A stretch of 64,000 bases of DNA. It comes from Paraspadella gotoi. Its lineage: Eukaryota > Animalia > Chaetognatha. The translations under genes and the position numbers were made by a program. Location of the stretch: NCBI GenBank assembly GCA_051294375.1, contig CM119263.1:1-64000 (forward strand), in the 5' to 3' direction. The notes beneath the pieces are model-generated. The model made no database searches. It was not told the origin of the DNA and saw nothing but the letters and a program-made list of their open reading frames with translations. Positions 37,440-49,958 of this stretch are shown here, one piece after another (positions within the stretch are counted from its first letter, which is position 1; each line of letters starts with the position of its first letter).

Positions 37440-39300
37440 TAGTATCATAATTATAATTATTATTAATATTTATTTTATTATTATTATTAATATTATAAAT
37501 AATAATTTTATTATTATACTGATTAAATTTAATTACACTTACTTATTTACCTATTTATTGGTAAATTTTTTTGTTATTTGGCTTAACCTTAACCCTATCT
37601 CATATTAAACATGGCAAGTAAGTTTACTTTTCTTAACTTTGAAGTTTTATTAAATAATACTTAGTAATAAAGGTTAATAAGTAATAAATATAAAACAAAA
37701 ACATTTTTGTTTCTTATTTATAGAATAATTTTTTTTAATAAAAATTCTTTTTTAAATAAATTCTTGGAAAAAATAAATAAATTTAAATTCAGGTAAAATA
37801 CTATTTATTACTTTGCATTAAATACGTATCTGAATTGATTTAATATGTCTTGGTCTTTTGCTGTTTTTATCGCTTTTTCAGCTTTTTTATTGAGAATCTT
37901 TATTGTGCAAATCATTCAAATTAAATTATTGCTTAAAAAAAGGTTTTGCAGAAGCTAAGGATAATATTTTGTAAAAACTTATTTTACTATTTTCATTTCA
38001 CCAATAATTTATTTATCCAAAACATTTATTCATGATTTGATACTTATTTAATATTTACGTCATTTTAAAATCTTTGCTTTAAATTAAAAGCAGCTATATA
38101 AAAATAGAATATGAGAAAGAGTTTAAAATAATTCTATAACAATTTATTTTTAACAGTGGACATGTTTCGACTTTGATTCAAGTCTTCATCAGCACTTGTG
38201 AATTGACAGACAATTTCAAATTACAGGAAATGTGAGATAGAGAGAGAGCGAGAGAGAGAGAAAGAAAAGAGAGAGGGAAAGGTTACCAACAAAGATTTTG
38301 ACACACACACACACACACATTTCCTGTAATTTGAAATTGTCTGTCAATTCACAAGTGCGCAATACCCGACTAAATGCCCCCCAGATTGTAACCCACCCTA
38401 TACTGTTTTCAGTAGAGAGAAGGGAGCAATCTTCAGCAAGTCTAGGAGCCTGGAATAAGGTCAGAATACACTCGACAGGATGAGTTTACCAGTGTGGATA
38501 GTGTGCTAAAGATTTTTATCCATATCTTTTGTGCCACCTCTGCAGAAATAGATTAGGTCCTAAGCTTTGAACCAGGCTCAAATATTTAGTCATTAATTTA
38601 TTTGTTTTTTTTTATCTCCCAATAATGTACCTTGCTGCCTTTAATATAAGGGAAATATTTTAAAATGATATAAATATCAAATAAGTAATAACAAATTATG
38701 AATATGTGTTTTGAATAAATAAATTAATAACGAAATGAGAATCATCTAATGTATTTTTAAACAATATTTGGATTCAGGCTACATATTATCTTTAGATCCT
38801 GTTTAACCTTTTAGGTAAGAATTTAATTTGAATGATTTGCACAAAAGAGTTTCGCACAAAAAAGCAGAGAAAGCGACAAAAACAGTGAAAGACCAGTTAA
38901 GAATAAATAAATTTCAGATACTGATATAATTCAAGGTTCAAGGTTATATATTCTTTTTTACTTGAATTTAGATTTATTTATTTTATAATTAATATTTTTA
39001 ATTTTCAAGAATTAATTTAAAAAATAGTTTTATCAAAAATTAAAAATTTATTTTGTTATATCTCATATTTATTACTTATTAACATTTATTACTAAGTATT
39101 ATAAAGGTTTGTTTAATAAAACTTAAAATTTAAGTAAAACAGGCTGAATGGCCATGTTTAATATGAAATAGGGTAAAGGGTAAGCCAAATAAAAAAATTA
39201 TTATTAAATAAGTTAATAAACAAATTTAATAAATTTAGTCAATATAATAATATTATATTATTATATAAAATTATTAAAATTAATAGTAATTATGATACTC
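37440..39300. mobile_element. Large degenerate foldback element with long inverted arms
   Basis: ATTAAACATGGC/GCCATGTTTAAT, TGTGCAAATCATTCAAATTAAATT/AATTTAATTTGAATGATTTGCACA and other mirrored blocks. Confidence 0.65.
38155..38196 (-). ncRNA. Minimal type-I hammerhead ribozyme (Penelope-like); predicted cleavage after GUC, 38159/38158
   Basis: Minus strand AGTG-CTGATGA-A-GACTT-GAATCA-AAGTC-GAAAC-AT-GTC-CACT: intact core, stems I and II, palindromic minimal stem III. Confidence 0.88.
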
Positions 39301-40167
39301 TATCTATGAAAAAAATTAGTATTTGGTAGTTAGGATATGACTAAATACAGGATAATGAAAAAAATTAATATATAATTTTTTTTTCTTTTTTTATAATAGT
39401 TTAATTTTATAAACCATTTTATCTGTTTATCTGTCCACCCATCATATCTTGTTGGTAAATTACTTGGTTCATCTTAGAATACTGATTTATAAAAAATTAT
39501 CTAAAAAAATTGAATCTTTTCCTCTTTCCATATATTTATTTGTTTGTCCATTCATCTGTAACTTTTACCTATCATTACACTTGAGTAAATTGATGGATTG
39601 ATCTGAAATTTTGTGTGTGGCCAAAAAAGAGGTTGATTGAGCTTAATCTTAAATTTGGACAAAATCATTCTGGTAAAAATTAATATAAATAAAAAAATAA
39701 AAAATAATTTTAACTATTTATTTTTTTATTTTAAAAAATAAAAATTTATAACAACAATAATAAGTATAAACATATTAACAACAGTTACTTTTTCTTTTTC
39801 TCACTCACTATCCCTCTTTATTTTTTTATTTTTTTCTCTTTCAATCCATTTTACATTTTCCTTTTTGATCTCTCATTCTTAACTTACCTTTTTTCCAAAC
39901 TTTTTACTTTTTGTACTTTTACCATTCTAATTTATTTTCTCTATCTTTATACATTCATGTGAGCTTTGTTTTAGTCATAAAAGTAGAAATATTAATTTAA
40001 ATAAAAAAAATACTAAGTATTTTTTTAAAAATAAAATAAGAAAATAAGAAAATGAACTGACCTATGCTCATTGAAAATTTTATTTTTACTCTAAAATAAA
40101 AGATATAAAAAATAAATATGTTTATGGTACAGAAGTTGTTGTCCGAACTGTTTCAAAATATATATAT

Positions 40168-40403
40168 TATGGTGGACTAAAATCCACCAACCGTTCAACA
40201 GCGGCCATTGGTGGCGGAGGCAAGTCATTCGCCTCCCAACCCAAAGGTCCGGGATTCTAGCCCGGTGGTCGCCTAGCAGTTAAGAGGGACGGGGCGCTTA
40301 ACCCGCCTGTAACACAGTGTTACAGCCTGATCCGAAGCTCAGGGACTGCTTATATTGAACGGTTCTGTCACTAACACATATCAATTATCACTGCCTCTTA
40401 TCA
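40168..40403 (-). mobile_element. Family C solo-LTR-like element
   Basis: High identity to 9038-9271; TSD unclear. Confidence 0.8.
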
Positions 40404-40840
40404 TTGTTTCTAAGTTTTTTTATTTTATTTACAAGCAGCAGCAACAAAAGTCAGGTATGCTCCAGAGGGGATCAATTTCTACCACTGCTTGCCAAGAACC
40501 ATTTCTCACCTAAAATCCGACAAAAAATATCATGTCAGAGATAAAATGTTAACAATACTGTTAATTGTCTACTCAATCTAAAAGAAAAACGTACGAACCT
40601 CTAATCTATTTTTTTTAAATCAAAGATGTTGTGCAAAAAACATGAAAAATATTTGCATATTCTATTTCCTCTGAGTTTGTTGTTGGTAATTATCATGAAA
40701 AGCGGTGAATTATAATGAGCTGTGGCTTATTTTCCTAAAACTAACGGAGTAAAATTCATTGCTTTATGTCTTCATGGGCTAGTATTTCAAATTTAGTTAC
40801 ATACTTTATATTTCGTCAAACGTGAAAGAATGTTTGTGAA

Positions 40841-41353
40841 TTAAGCAAATTCCGTATAAAAAATCTGGTTATCGCCGCCATTGTGTTCCCATAAGTGCAA
40901 AAGCACACCCATTTCTGGTGAGCAATCTGGTACATCGATAGCTCTCCCGCCTTCCATCGCCGACACGATGAACCACGAGTTGCTGCCATCGCCAGCTGGC
41001 TTGAACCTCCACTGTTGATTGACGCCGCCGTGCAGATCATATTTGCAGATAGAGGCTCCGTTTTCGTTCGCTCCCCATTCCACGTCCAAGACTTTTCCGT
41101 CCTTTACACTAACGATGTGGAAAATATCATCCTCCACATGAACCAAGCGGAACATTTGATGAGGCTCCTCGTTTCTTTCCCACTGGCATAGCTGAGTTTC
41201 TGGTCCACCGTCAATCACATGCTCCGAACATTTGTTACGTAGAAACACCACTTTAGGAGAGTAAATATTGCAAAAGGTTGAATTTATTGGGTAAAATGAT
41301 CCCTCTAAACCTATTACATTAGCTTGAAGTTGAACTTTTATCTTTTTTACCAT
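40841..41353 (-). CDS. Ricin B-type (beta-trefoil) lectin domain protein; 5' end uncertain
   Basis: GKVLDVEWGANENGASICKYDLHGGVNQQWRF, GRAIDVPD, LWEHNGGDNQIF (QxW-type repeats). Confidence 0.85.
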   Translation of the reverse strand: MVKKIKVQLQANVIGLEGSFYPINSTFCNIYSPKVVFLRNKCSEHVIDGGPETQLCQWERNEEPHQMFRLVHVEDDIFHIVSVKDGKVLDVEWGANENGASICKYDLHGGVNQQWRFKPAGDGSNSWFIVSAMEGGRAIDVPDCSPEMGVLLHLWEHNGGDNQIFYTEFA

Positions 41354-41629
41354 ACAATCATTCAAGTAGGTAGACGATGCAATAAAAGTTCAATTTCGTT
41401 AGATTCAAATTTGAACTAAGGTACAAATTTTGTACACTTTAATATTGTTTATTATTTATGCAAAGACGTTTTGATGTAAAGAATGCAAAAATATAACAGT
41501 AAAGTTAGTTACTTATAGATAATCACCAAAGATATAGTTATTCACCAAAGATATAATTTCATATTGTTCTGCTATAAACTAAAAAAGCTTCCTTTTATAA
41601 AATTTACTCTCCTTGATCATGCAATCTGT

Positions 41630-42300
41630 CCAAGCGATGACGTCGACGACGACGATTACGACGACGACGACGTCTTCTTTCCTCTTCTTCCGCTTCTTCA
41701 TCATCTTCATCCTCATCATCTTCTCCATATTCATCAAATCTCTTCTTCATCACTGTCTTGACGACGCTGACGACGACGCCGATTACGACGACGACGATGT
41801 CTTCTCTCTTCCTCATCCGCTTCATCATCATCTTCATCTCATCATCTTCTCCATATTCATCAAAATCTTCTTCTTCATCACTGTCTTGATGACGCCGACG
41901 CACGACCCGATTAGACGACGACGATGTCTCTCTCTTCTCTCATCCGCTTCATCATCATCTTCATCCTCATCATCTTCTCCATATTCATTCAAAATCTTCC
42001 TCTTCATCACTATCTTTATGACGCCGACGACGACGCCGATTACGACGACGACGATGTCTTCTTCTCTCTTCCTCATCCGCTTCATCATCATCTTCGTCCT
42101 CATCCTCTTCTCCATATTCTTGTTCATCAAACTCTTCCTCAACATCACTGTCTTGATGACGCCGACGACGACGATTACGACGCCGCCGTCGTTTTCTCTC
42201 ATCTTCATCCACTTCTTCATCATCTTCATCTTCATCATCTTCTCCAAAATCTTCAAAATCTTCTTCTTCGTCGCTTTCTTCATCGTCGCATTCTTCATTT
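41630..42300. repeat. Compound (GAC)/(TCA/TCT) minisatellite, ~125-bp unit
   Basis: Recurring GATTACGACGACGACG...CCGCTTCATCATCATCTTC...CTCCATATTC. Confidence 0.85.
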
Positions 42301-42391
42301 TCGAATTCTATTGGGCTTTGAAAAGAATTGTTAAGGATATAATATTTTTACTAATTTTATTTTTTTACTTGGATGTTGATAGTTTAAAGAC

Positions 42392-44933
42392 TTACTCGTT
42401 TCCTTCTACGAGCTTTATAAGCAAGATTCCGAGATGGTCCGAGTCTCCGAGATCGTCTTCAATCCTTTTTCTCAATGTTGTTTCGAATTTTCTTTCGTAT
42501 TCTTCTCTTATTTTAGCTAAATCGATCTGAATGAGTAATCAATAAATATATTGAAATTATTCGTTAAATTTTCTTTAGTAACGTGTTATGGATTTACATA
42601 AACGATGTCCGAGTTAAAATTTTTAGAATTTGTAAGGGACTTTATCTTTAGTTTTGGCTTAAGATACAGAATTATTGATAATTAGGAGCGTTACCTCGCA
42701 ACGTCGAACAATGGTGTACCACAGACGATATTCGCTTGTCCCAATTCCACACATACAATCTTCTAAAAGCTCAGCGAAGTAGCTGACAGGATCCTTAGCG
42801 TATTTCACTATAAATTTTGCAAAACTATGTATGACTTGCTAATTTTTAGTTGCGCCGCGAGTACTCGCGAAGCAACTCTATAAGAACACTTGGGTTTCCT
42901 TCGGTCGGTCCGAATGTCTGTCTGTCCATCAATCTATCTTACTTACATTAAAAAAAAACTCATAACTCGGGCAATACCATATCAATTAAGCTCCTTGAAC
43001 TAGCCGGTTCTTGTTTTATTTGAAATTCCATTTGATTGCGCCCGACTTATTTTTACCAACGGTTAGTGAAGGGGGGGGGGGAAAGGGGGCTTTTTTCTTT
43101 TTCCCCCGGCTAGGGGGACCGGGAACCTCTTGCAAAATAAGACACTTTGGGGGGGGCCCCCGGACTGTCCTTGTCCCCTTCCCCATTTTCTTCCAAGATA
43201 CAATCGTACATTTCCACCATTTTCCTCAGTTGTTTCCACGATCGCGTCATGAAACACGGACATGAATGCTGTTTCGTCAGTTCCAATTTTTCCTTCGCCT
43301 TAAAACATCGAGTAAACACTCTTAATGCTATTAATAAAAAGTCCAAGAGCACAAATACTTTCATTCACGTTCTACAGTGATTAATAATAGTGTCATGAAG
43401 CAAACTCACAATGACAACAGACAACAGTCACAAAAACGTTGACAATCACCTGCTTCGTAAATCTTTTTGGCGTCTTCTCGGGCCATATCTTCGTCCACCT
43501 TCTTGCTCTCGCTCCTTCCGCCGGATAATATGGAAATCATGAATCTCTCGAAGTAGCCGCCCAAATCAGAGCTAATAGCTTCTTGAAGTTCTTCCTCGAA
43601 GACTGAAAAAAAAAGAAGCAATGGCATTCCATATGTGATATGTCATTCAATGGGAAGACAAGTTCTTTTCTCACGTTCTTTGTATTTCTCCTTCAGCTTT
43701 TCCACTTCTTTCGGACGAATCGTCCCGAAGACATCGACTAGTACTTCTTCGGATGTGCCTGCACCTTTGAGGGCGTCGCGAACGAGTTGCGCCAAAAATT
43801 CCGTTCTTTCCTGAAAAAATTTAATGAAAATCATAGAAAAAAATTAAATATAGAAGAATCAATTATTTCAAAATATACCAATTGTATAGTGTAAAACTAT
43901 ACTATAACTGTTAACTGTGTAATGGATAAATAAATTGCATACAACCGTAAGCTAATAGCTACTCACTCTAACGAGACCAATGGCGCAGTCCTCAAAATGA
44001 CCATGGGCTTCCTTTCGAATGTCCTCAATCAAATCCTACTTAAATCAAAAAGTTGATAAAGCATATCCGGATCTAGGCATAACATATCTGTAACATAACA
44101 TACTCGACCGTAGAGAGCGGTGTACTGAGTGGAGATTTCTTGTATCTGTTTGTTTGAGTGGGAACCTAGCACGGCGCCGATTCTGTCTTCGTCCGTGCCC
44201 ATGCCTTCCATCGCCCCACGGAGTTCCTCCGCAGCTGCTTGTGATTCGAAGTCTCGAGCTTTGCCGATTGAAGCCTTAAATAAGAATTAGAAAAGTGTGG
44301 CGAATCCTAAATTTGCCTCCCGTATAGCTTGGTGAAACTTAGCTCGTCCAATTGACTTGGACAGCTAAGTACTCGTTCACCAACCGTGAGTTCCGTTTCA
44401 ATCCCCTCACGGTTATGCTGGTTCAAGTGTGATGGTGTCGGCATAAACACGCCAGTGACATGGGGTGCTCACTGCAGGTCCAAAGCCCTGAGCGCCAGCT
44501 GTCGGGAGGTGCCTCACACCCCAGGCATCACACATGTTCCCCGTTGCCATAATAGTTTTAATTTAATTATGGCGACGGCCTCAGTTTAAAAATTAAACAA
44601 TCTTTAAAAATAGAAGGAAAATATTGATTTAGGCCCGAAAATATTTACTCATTAGGAGCCTTTTAAAACAATATGGTGATGAGACAGTAATTATTGTTGT
44701 GAGCTTTGGATCAGGCTGTAACAGCGTACTACAGGCGGGTTAAGCGCCCCGTCCGTCTTTACTGCTAGACGACCACTGGGTTAGAACCCGAGACCTTTGT
44801 GTTGGGAGGCGAATGCATTGTCTGCAGCACCAAAGGCCGCTGATGAACGGTTGGTTGATTTTAGTCACCATAAAGAAATATTTTAGACTCTCATTTTAAA
44901 ATTTCAGCAAAAAATTGTCAAAAAACTTACCAT
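42392..44933 (-). CDS. Annexin (paralog 1), about 7 exons
   Basis: ATG|GTAAG first exon; AMEGMGTDE, ALKGAGTSE, SDLGGYFE, CVGIGTSEYRL, IEDDLGDSDHLG; the third repeat is not clearly found. Confidence 0.85.
44296..44551 (+). mobile_element. Family B solo LTR in annexin intron 1
   Basis: TGTGGCG...TTGCCATA; near-TSD AAAG/ATAG. Confidence 0.88.
44417..44499 (+). ncRNA. Best-preserved twister type P5 ribozyme (family B); predicted cleavage 44444/44445
   Basis: P5 GCTGG/CCAGC, P2 GTGT/ACAC, GA, pseudoknot TG:CA, P1 TG-TCGG-CA, TAA, GCC, P3 AGTGA/TCACT, P4 CAGG/CCTG around TCCAAAGC. Confidence 0.9.
44677..44872 (+). mobile_element. Diverged, internally deleted family C element
   Basis: TGATGAGACAG...TTAGTCACCATA, colinear with 10051-10282. 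Confidence 0.75.
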
Positions 44934-45576
44934 ATTTTGCTGGTAAATTGAGAGAATGTGATTCTGAGGATAGGTCGGGAAAAAGTTAAGGATCCCGAAC
45001 CGGTCTATCCAGTTGGGTTTCTTTGCGACCGGCAAATCAAGGCCCACCCATTCAAACAAAAAAACAATTCAAAAACTGTCTTTTCAACCGAACTCGATAA
45101 ATTAAAGCTGTTGTATGACGTTGCATTTGAATATAACCGAAATCGTTACTCGAACTGTTGTCATTTATTGAGCGCTTTAAGTCTTTAAGTCTTCTGTCAC
45201 GCCACAATAAAAAAAAACTATGAAATAAACTATGCAATAAACTATGAAATGCTATCCGCGAAAAACTGATTGGAATGCCCACTATCCACTCGGCACTCGA
45301 AATATTTCTTTTTCCAGCTTTTGGGCGTGATCATTATCCATATGAGCCATCGACTAGGGTCTTGGCGTTTGGCTAGTCAGTGACTTAAAAATCCTAGCGG
45401 TTGAGCTAGCTATGTCCGTAAACAAAGAATCTCTCTCTACCAGGTCCAGTGAGTAAGTTTAGGTAAAATTTCAAATTGAGCTCGTATGTCTTTATTGTAA
45501 AATGACAATTATTTTAAGATACCAATCCAAATAAGGTATTCATTAAGTAGACGTTTAATCGTGACTTTACGGGTCA

Positions 45577-46264
45577 CTAATTCCCGCTGACGAGTCCTTT
45601 GAGAAGATCACCGAAATCTCCGCCGACGTCGCTGTCGACCATTTCCAAGAGGGGCATCCCGTCCTCGTTCTCCGGCAGACCCGGGAACGCCTCGCGAATA
45701 TCGGCCAGGTCCACCTGGAATTAAGGAGAGCGTCATGTTAAGTTAAGTTAAGTTAAGTTAAGTTAAAGTTAAACCATCAACTCGAACCTCGCTGTGTTGA
45801 ATGATGTTGTACATTAGTTCTTTCTCGCTCGTACCCGCACCCTTCATGCAGCGGAATAAAACCCAAGCTTTATAGGAGTGTCGGTCGATGGCATGTCTCA
45901 CTGTAAGTTTGTTTATATTTATATTATTTACTATGCTACCATAGTTCATAAATATTTTATAATAAATATCGTCATTATTAGGTCTCAGTAAATAGCAAAG
46001 CCGAAACAAGATGTTCCGAATTGATATAGTATTTATCTCTTTCTGTGCATTTATAATTTATTCTATAATTGAATTAAATACGGACCGATGGATTTGAGCA
46101 GAAAGGCCAAATAGTCATTCCCGAATTCGCTAGTCGATGACGTCGAGCAAAGTCTTTCCTTCCTCCATCTCGTCGTAGATTCGGCGACGCGACGAAGGCT
46201 CGACCACGAGCGACGCATGATCACGTCCATGAAGCCCTCCTCGTCAGTGCCGAGGCCGTCGGCT

Positions 46265-46348
<84 letters not shown>

Positions 46349-47711
46349 AATAAAAGAAAAGTGAAAAGAAGAGATAGTGAGAGAAAAGAAAGAAAGAAAG
46401 CAAGCAAGCAAGCAAGCAAGCGAGCCTACCCGCGTTGTAAAGTTTCTCTGCGTCTTCCCTTGCGCAGTCGTCGTCGACGTCGTCGTCGCCACCTTCGTTA
46501 CGTCCTCCAGCCAAGAGCGACTTCATGAAACGCTGCAAGTCTCCGCTAACGTCACTTTCAATTTTGTCGTCAAGACTTTCTTCGAACGCTGAAAAGATGG
46601 AGGAAAGATGCTAAGAGAATATTCACATATTCTTCGCCTAACCCTAAACAGTTTTTATGGTCACTTGGGTTAACAACAATGAGCTAACAATGTTGGCAAA
46701 ATCATAGACAATGGATGAGAACCTTATTGTTCACTTCGTCATTTTAATCAATTGATCGTAACATTAAATAAACTGTATAAACGCCACGTACTAAAAATGG
46801 GATATAAACGGGTTAGAACACATAAAAAGAAAATTCTATTTTAACACTATAATAATTTAATAATTTGTCAAACTAACTTTCTGAGTACTTATCCTTGACG
46901 CATTGCAATTCATCAGAGTTGAGTGGCGTGAGGATGTCGATCAACAGGTTCTCGTTCGTCCCGCCGCCGCTGAGGGCGTCGTGAAGCGTCTCCACCCTAA
47001 ATTCATCTCGATCCTAAGAAGATGAGATTCTTTTAATGGGGGGGGGGACGCGAATGCAGCGCTTTTATTACTTTGAGGAGAGCGAGACAACCGTCTTCAA
47101 AGGACCCTTTCGTTTCTGAGCACAGTTCGTCGACCAAGCTCTGAGGGAGGGAGTGAGAAAGAGAGAGAGAGATAGAGAGTCATCGTTGTAATCATTCACA
47201 ATTGCGGTCCTGTAATCACGAAATCACGATGCCGCTCACCTCGCCGAAAAGTGACTGGTAGTTCTTTTCGATTTCCTGCCGCTGTTCCAAGTTGTGAGAG
47301 GTAAGGACTTGGACGAGATCAGACTCTCGGGTTCCGATTCCCTTCATCGCATCTCGAAGAACTTGAGCGGCTGCGTCCGCATCGAAGTCAGGGTTAGGAC
47401 CAATGGTCGCCTTAAATAAATATAAATGCATTAAAATGTAGACAAACAAGTAAGGTACAACAGATTTAGGTCCTTCTGACTCGAAGACCGTTTGGTCTAG
47501 ATGTGCGGCACTTGAAATGAAATAATTTTTAGCTCCTCGGAAAGAGATATTTACTACTAAATAAGGCTTGATTGTAATTATAGGAGGAGCGCATTTAAGA
47601 ATACACAACTCATATTCATTGGCGGGAATTTAAACTACCAATAATCTTTTTTTCGAGATTATGAGATTATGCTTACCGGCGAGAATTTAGTCGTAAAAAG
47701 ATTCTTACCAT
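45577..47711 (-). CDS. Annexin (paralog 2), about 8 exons, with apparent small frameshifts
   Basis: AMKGIGTRE, ALSGGGTNE, ADGLGTDEE, CMKGAGTSE, DVGGDFG; ATG|GTAAG first exon. Confidence 0.85.
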
Positions 47712-47842
47712 CAATTAAATTCAGAAAACGGGAGTTTAAATTGTTTACTCTTCCTCGACTCTTCCTCGACTCTTTCTCGACTCTTCCTCGAATCTTTCTC
47801 GACTCTTCCTAGACTCCACCCTACGATCCTGATAACAAGAAT

Positions 47843-47898
47843 AGAAGAAGAAGAAGAAGAAGAAGAAGAAGAAGAAGAAGAAGAAGAAGAAGAAGAAG
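47843..47898. repeat. (GAA)n microsatellite
   Basis: Direct reading. Confidence 0.95.
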
Positions 47899-47967
47899 AT
47901 AAACGACAGAAGTGAATTGGGGAACCACGAGAAGCAAAGGTTGAATAAAGGGCGAAAACCTAAAATA

Positions 47968-48163
47968 AGACTGATTAGGAAAAGACTTGCTTATTTTGAC
48001 AAAACTGAATCAGGACTGATTAGGAAAAGACTTGCTTATTTTGACAAAACTGAATCAAGACTGATTAGGAAAAGACTTGCTTATTTTGACAGAACTGAAT
48101 CAGGACTGATTAGGAAAAGACTTGCTTATTTTGACAGAACTGAATCAGGACTGATTAGGAAAA
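47968..48163. repeat. 45-bp minisatellite, about 4.3 copies
   Basis: GACTGATTAGGAAAAGACTTGCTTATTTTGACARAACTGAATCAR repeated. Confidence 0.92.
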
Positions 48164-49724
48164 CTCGTCTAAAGAAAAACAAGAAAAACCCGACTATCAA
48201 GGCCTTTGATTCGAGGGTCGACCCGACCTAACTCTATTTTGTTCAGTGGGGGGGGGGGTTAGAAAGGACTGACATCGACGAATCAGAGCGTTTTAAACAA
48301 TGTCGAAGCTGCCCACGATCATTAGCGGTAATTAATTAATTTGATCCGAAATGTTTGTTTTTGGGTCTTTTCGTCACTGACCACGACAAAAGCAACGACG
48401 ACGATAATGGCGACGATGACAATAATGCCGATAACGATTGACTTAATTAATTGACTAATTGATTAATTAACTGTTTAATTATTTGTTTAATTAATACATC
48501 TTGTATTTACATATAATATAAAAAAAAGCATAACCAACAAGAATTAGTGAAAAAGGTTTTTTTATTTCCATTTAAACTCATTTCCACTCAAACGATTCCA
48601 TCGAAACTTGATTTCCAGCTTAATCACACACTTTCCTATCCACATACAAAATTTCAGGTCAATTGCCCCATCCACTCATAAGCAATTGGTGTTCAAATAG
48701 TGAAATATATTTTTTCGTTTTTTCCATTTAAACTCATTTCCACTCGCACGATTCCATCGAAACGTCATATAGAGCTCAATCACACACTTCCCTACACGCA
48801 CACATAAAATTTCATTACAATCCATTTATCCAATCACGAATAATTGGAGTTTTTTGCTAAGGTGGACAGACGGACGGACGGACGGACATTATTTTTTTTG
48901 TTTAATTTATCATAATTCGATGTTCTGAGGGGGAGAAATAGAGTGAAGAAAAAGCAACATTAAAAAGAATAATTTGACTTTGACATAAGTTGTAGTAAGT
49001 CACCAAAAAAGTTATAGAACGAAAAGGTGAAATATATTCCGATCTTCTTTCCTCTTCACACCCAAAAAAATTGCGTGATTCCTTTGATGAGTCACTCGAT
49101 GATTCACTTGAATGTGATTTAGACGAAACTCATTTTCGGTTCCACAAAAAAGGGATGCCATTTGACCATATGTTTTCATTATAAGATGAAATTGTTACAA
49201 CCAATATATAAATTAAGGCTTCTATCACTCATAAAAGATGATAAGATAACAGAACCATGCAAGCTTTCAATTAAAGGTATCACAGTCCCGTGTACCCGGC
49301 TTCCCTATCAATGAAATAATATAATATTTCAAATAATGTTATATTTGTATAAAATGACCATTCAACTTAGTATAAGGTCGGAGAATACTACAATGTACAA
49401 TGTACTCTTAAGTTTTGAGAGAAATTTATTTTTTGATTCTCGAAATTTAAATAATCTTACGATTGCTTTCATAGATTGTCCAAAAACAGAAGAAAACATT
49501 TTTTCAGCCAAAGACCAAAAAAAATACTTTGCTGCACTAAATTCACTTAAAACACGAAATTATAGGTTCGGCAACTGCCCTTATAGGTCATAAGAAATAT
49601 TTATTTATAGTTGATTGTTACACTATAATAAATAGAAAGGTTACAGAACTGCTAAGTCATTATCTTGTAAGAGTGATGGAGGCCTTAAACAAACAAGGCC
49701 TGTCCAAAGTCGGGGGAAAGACAG

Positions 49725-49958
49725 TGAAGAGACAGTGATTATTGTTATGTTTTAGTGACAGAACCATTCATTATAAGCAGTCCCTGAGCTTCGGATCAGG
49801 CTGTAACACCATGTTACAGGCGGGTTAAGCGCCCCGTCCCTCTTAACTGCTAGGCGGCCACCAGGCTAGAACCCCGGACCTTTGGGTTGGGAGGCGAATG
49901 ACTTGCCTCCGGCACCAATGGCCGCTGATGAACGGTTGGTGGATTTTAGTCCACCATA
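49725..49958 (+). mobile_element. Family C solo-LTR-like element
   Basis: Near-TSD ACAG/ATAG; empty site (AAG-ATAG-CTT) in the related repeat near 7920. Confidence 0.85.

Noticed and set aside
41564-42340. Acidic or hydrophobic ORFs
   Set aside because: Trinucleotide compound repeat; the frame is not maintained between units
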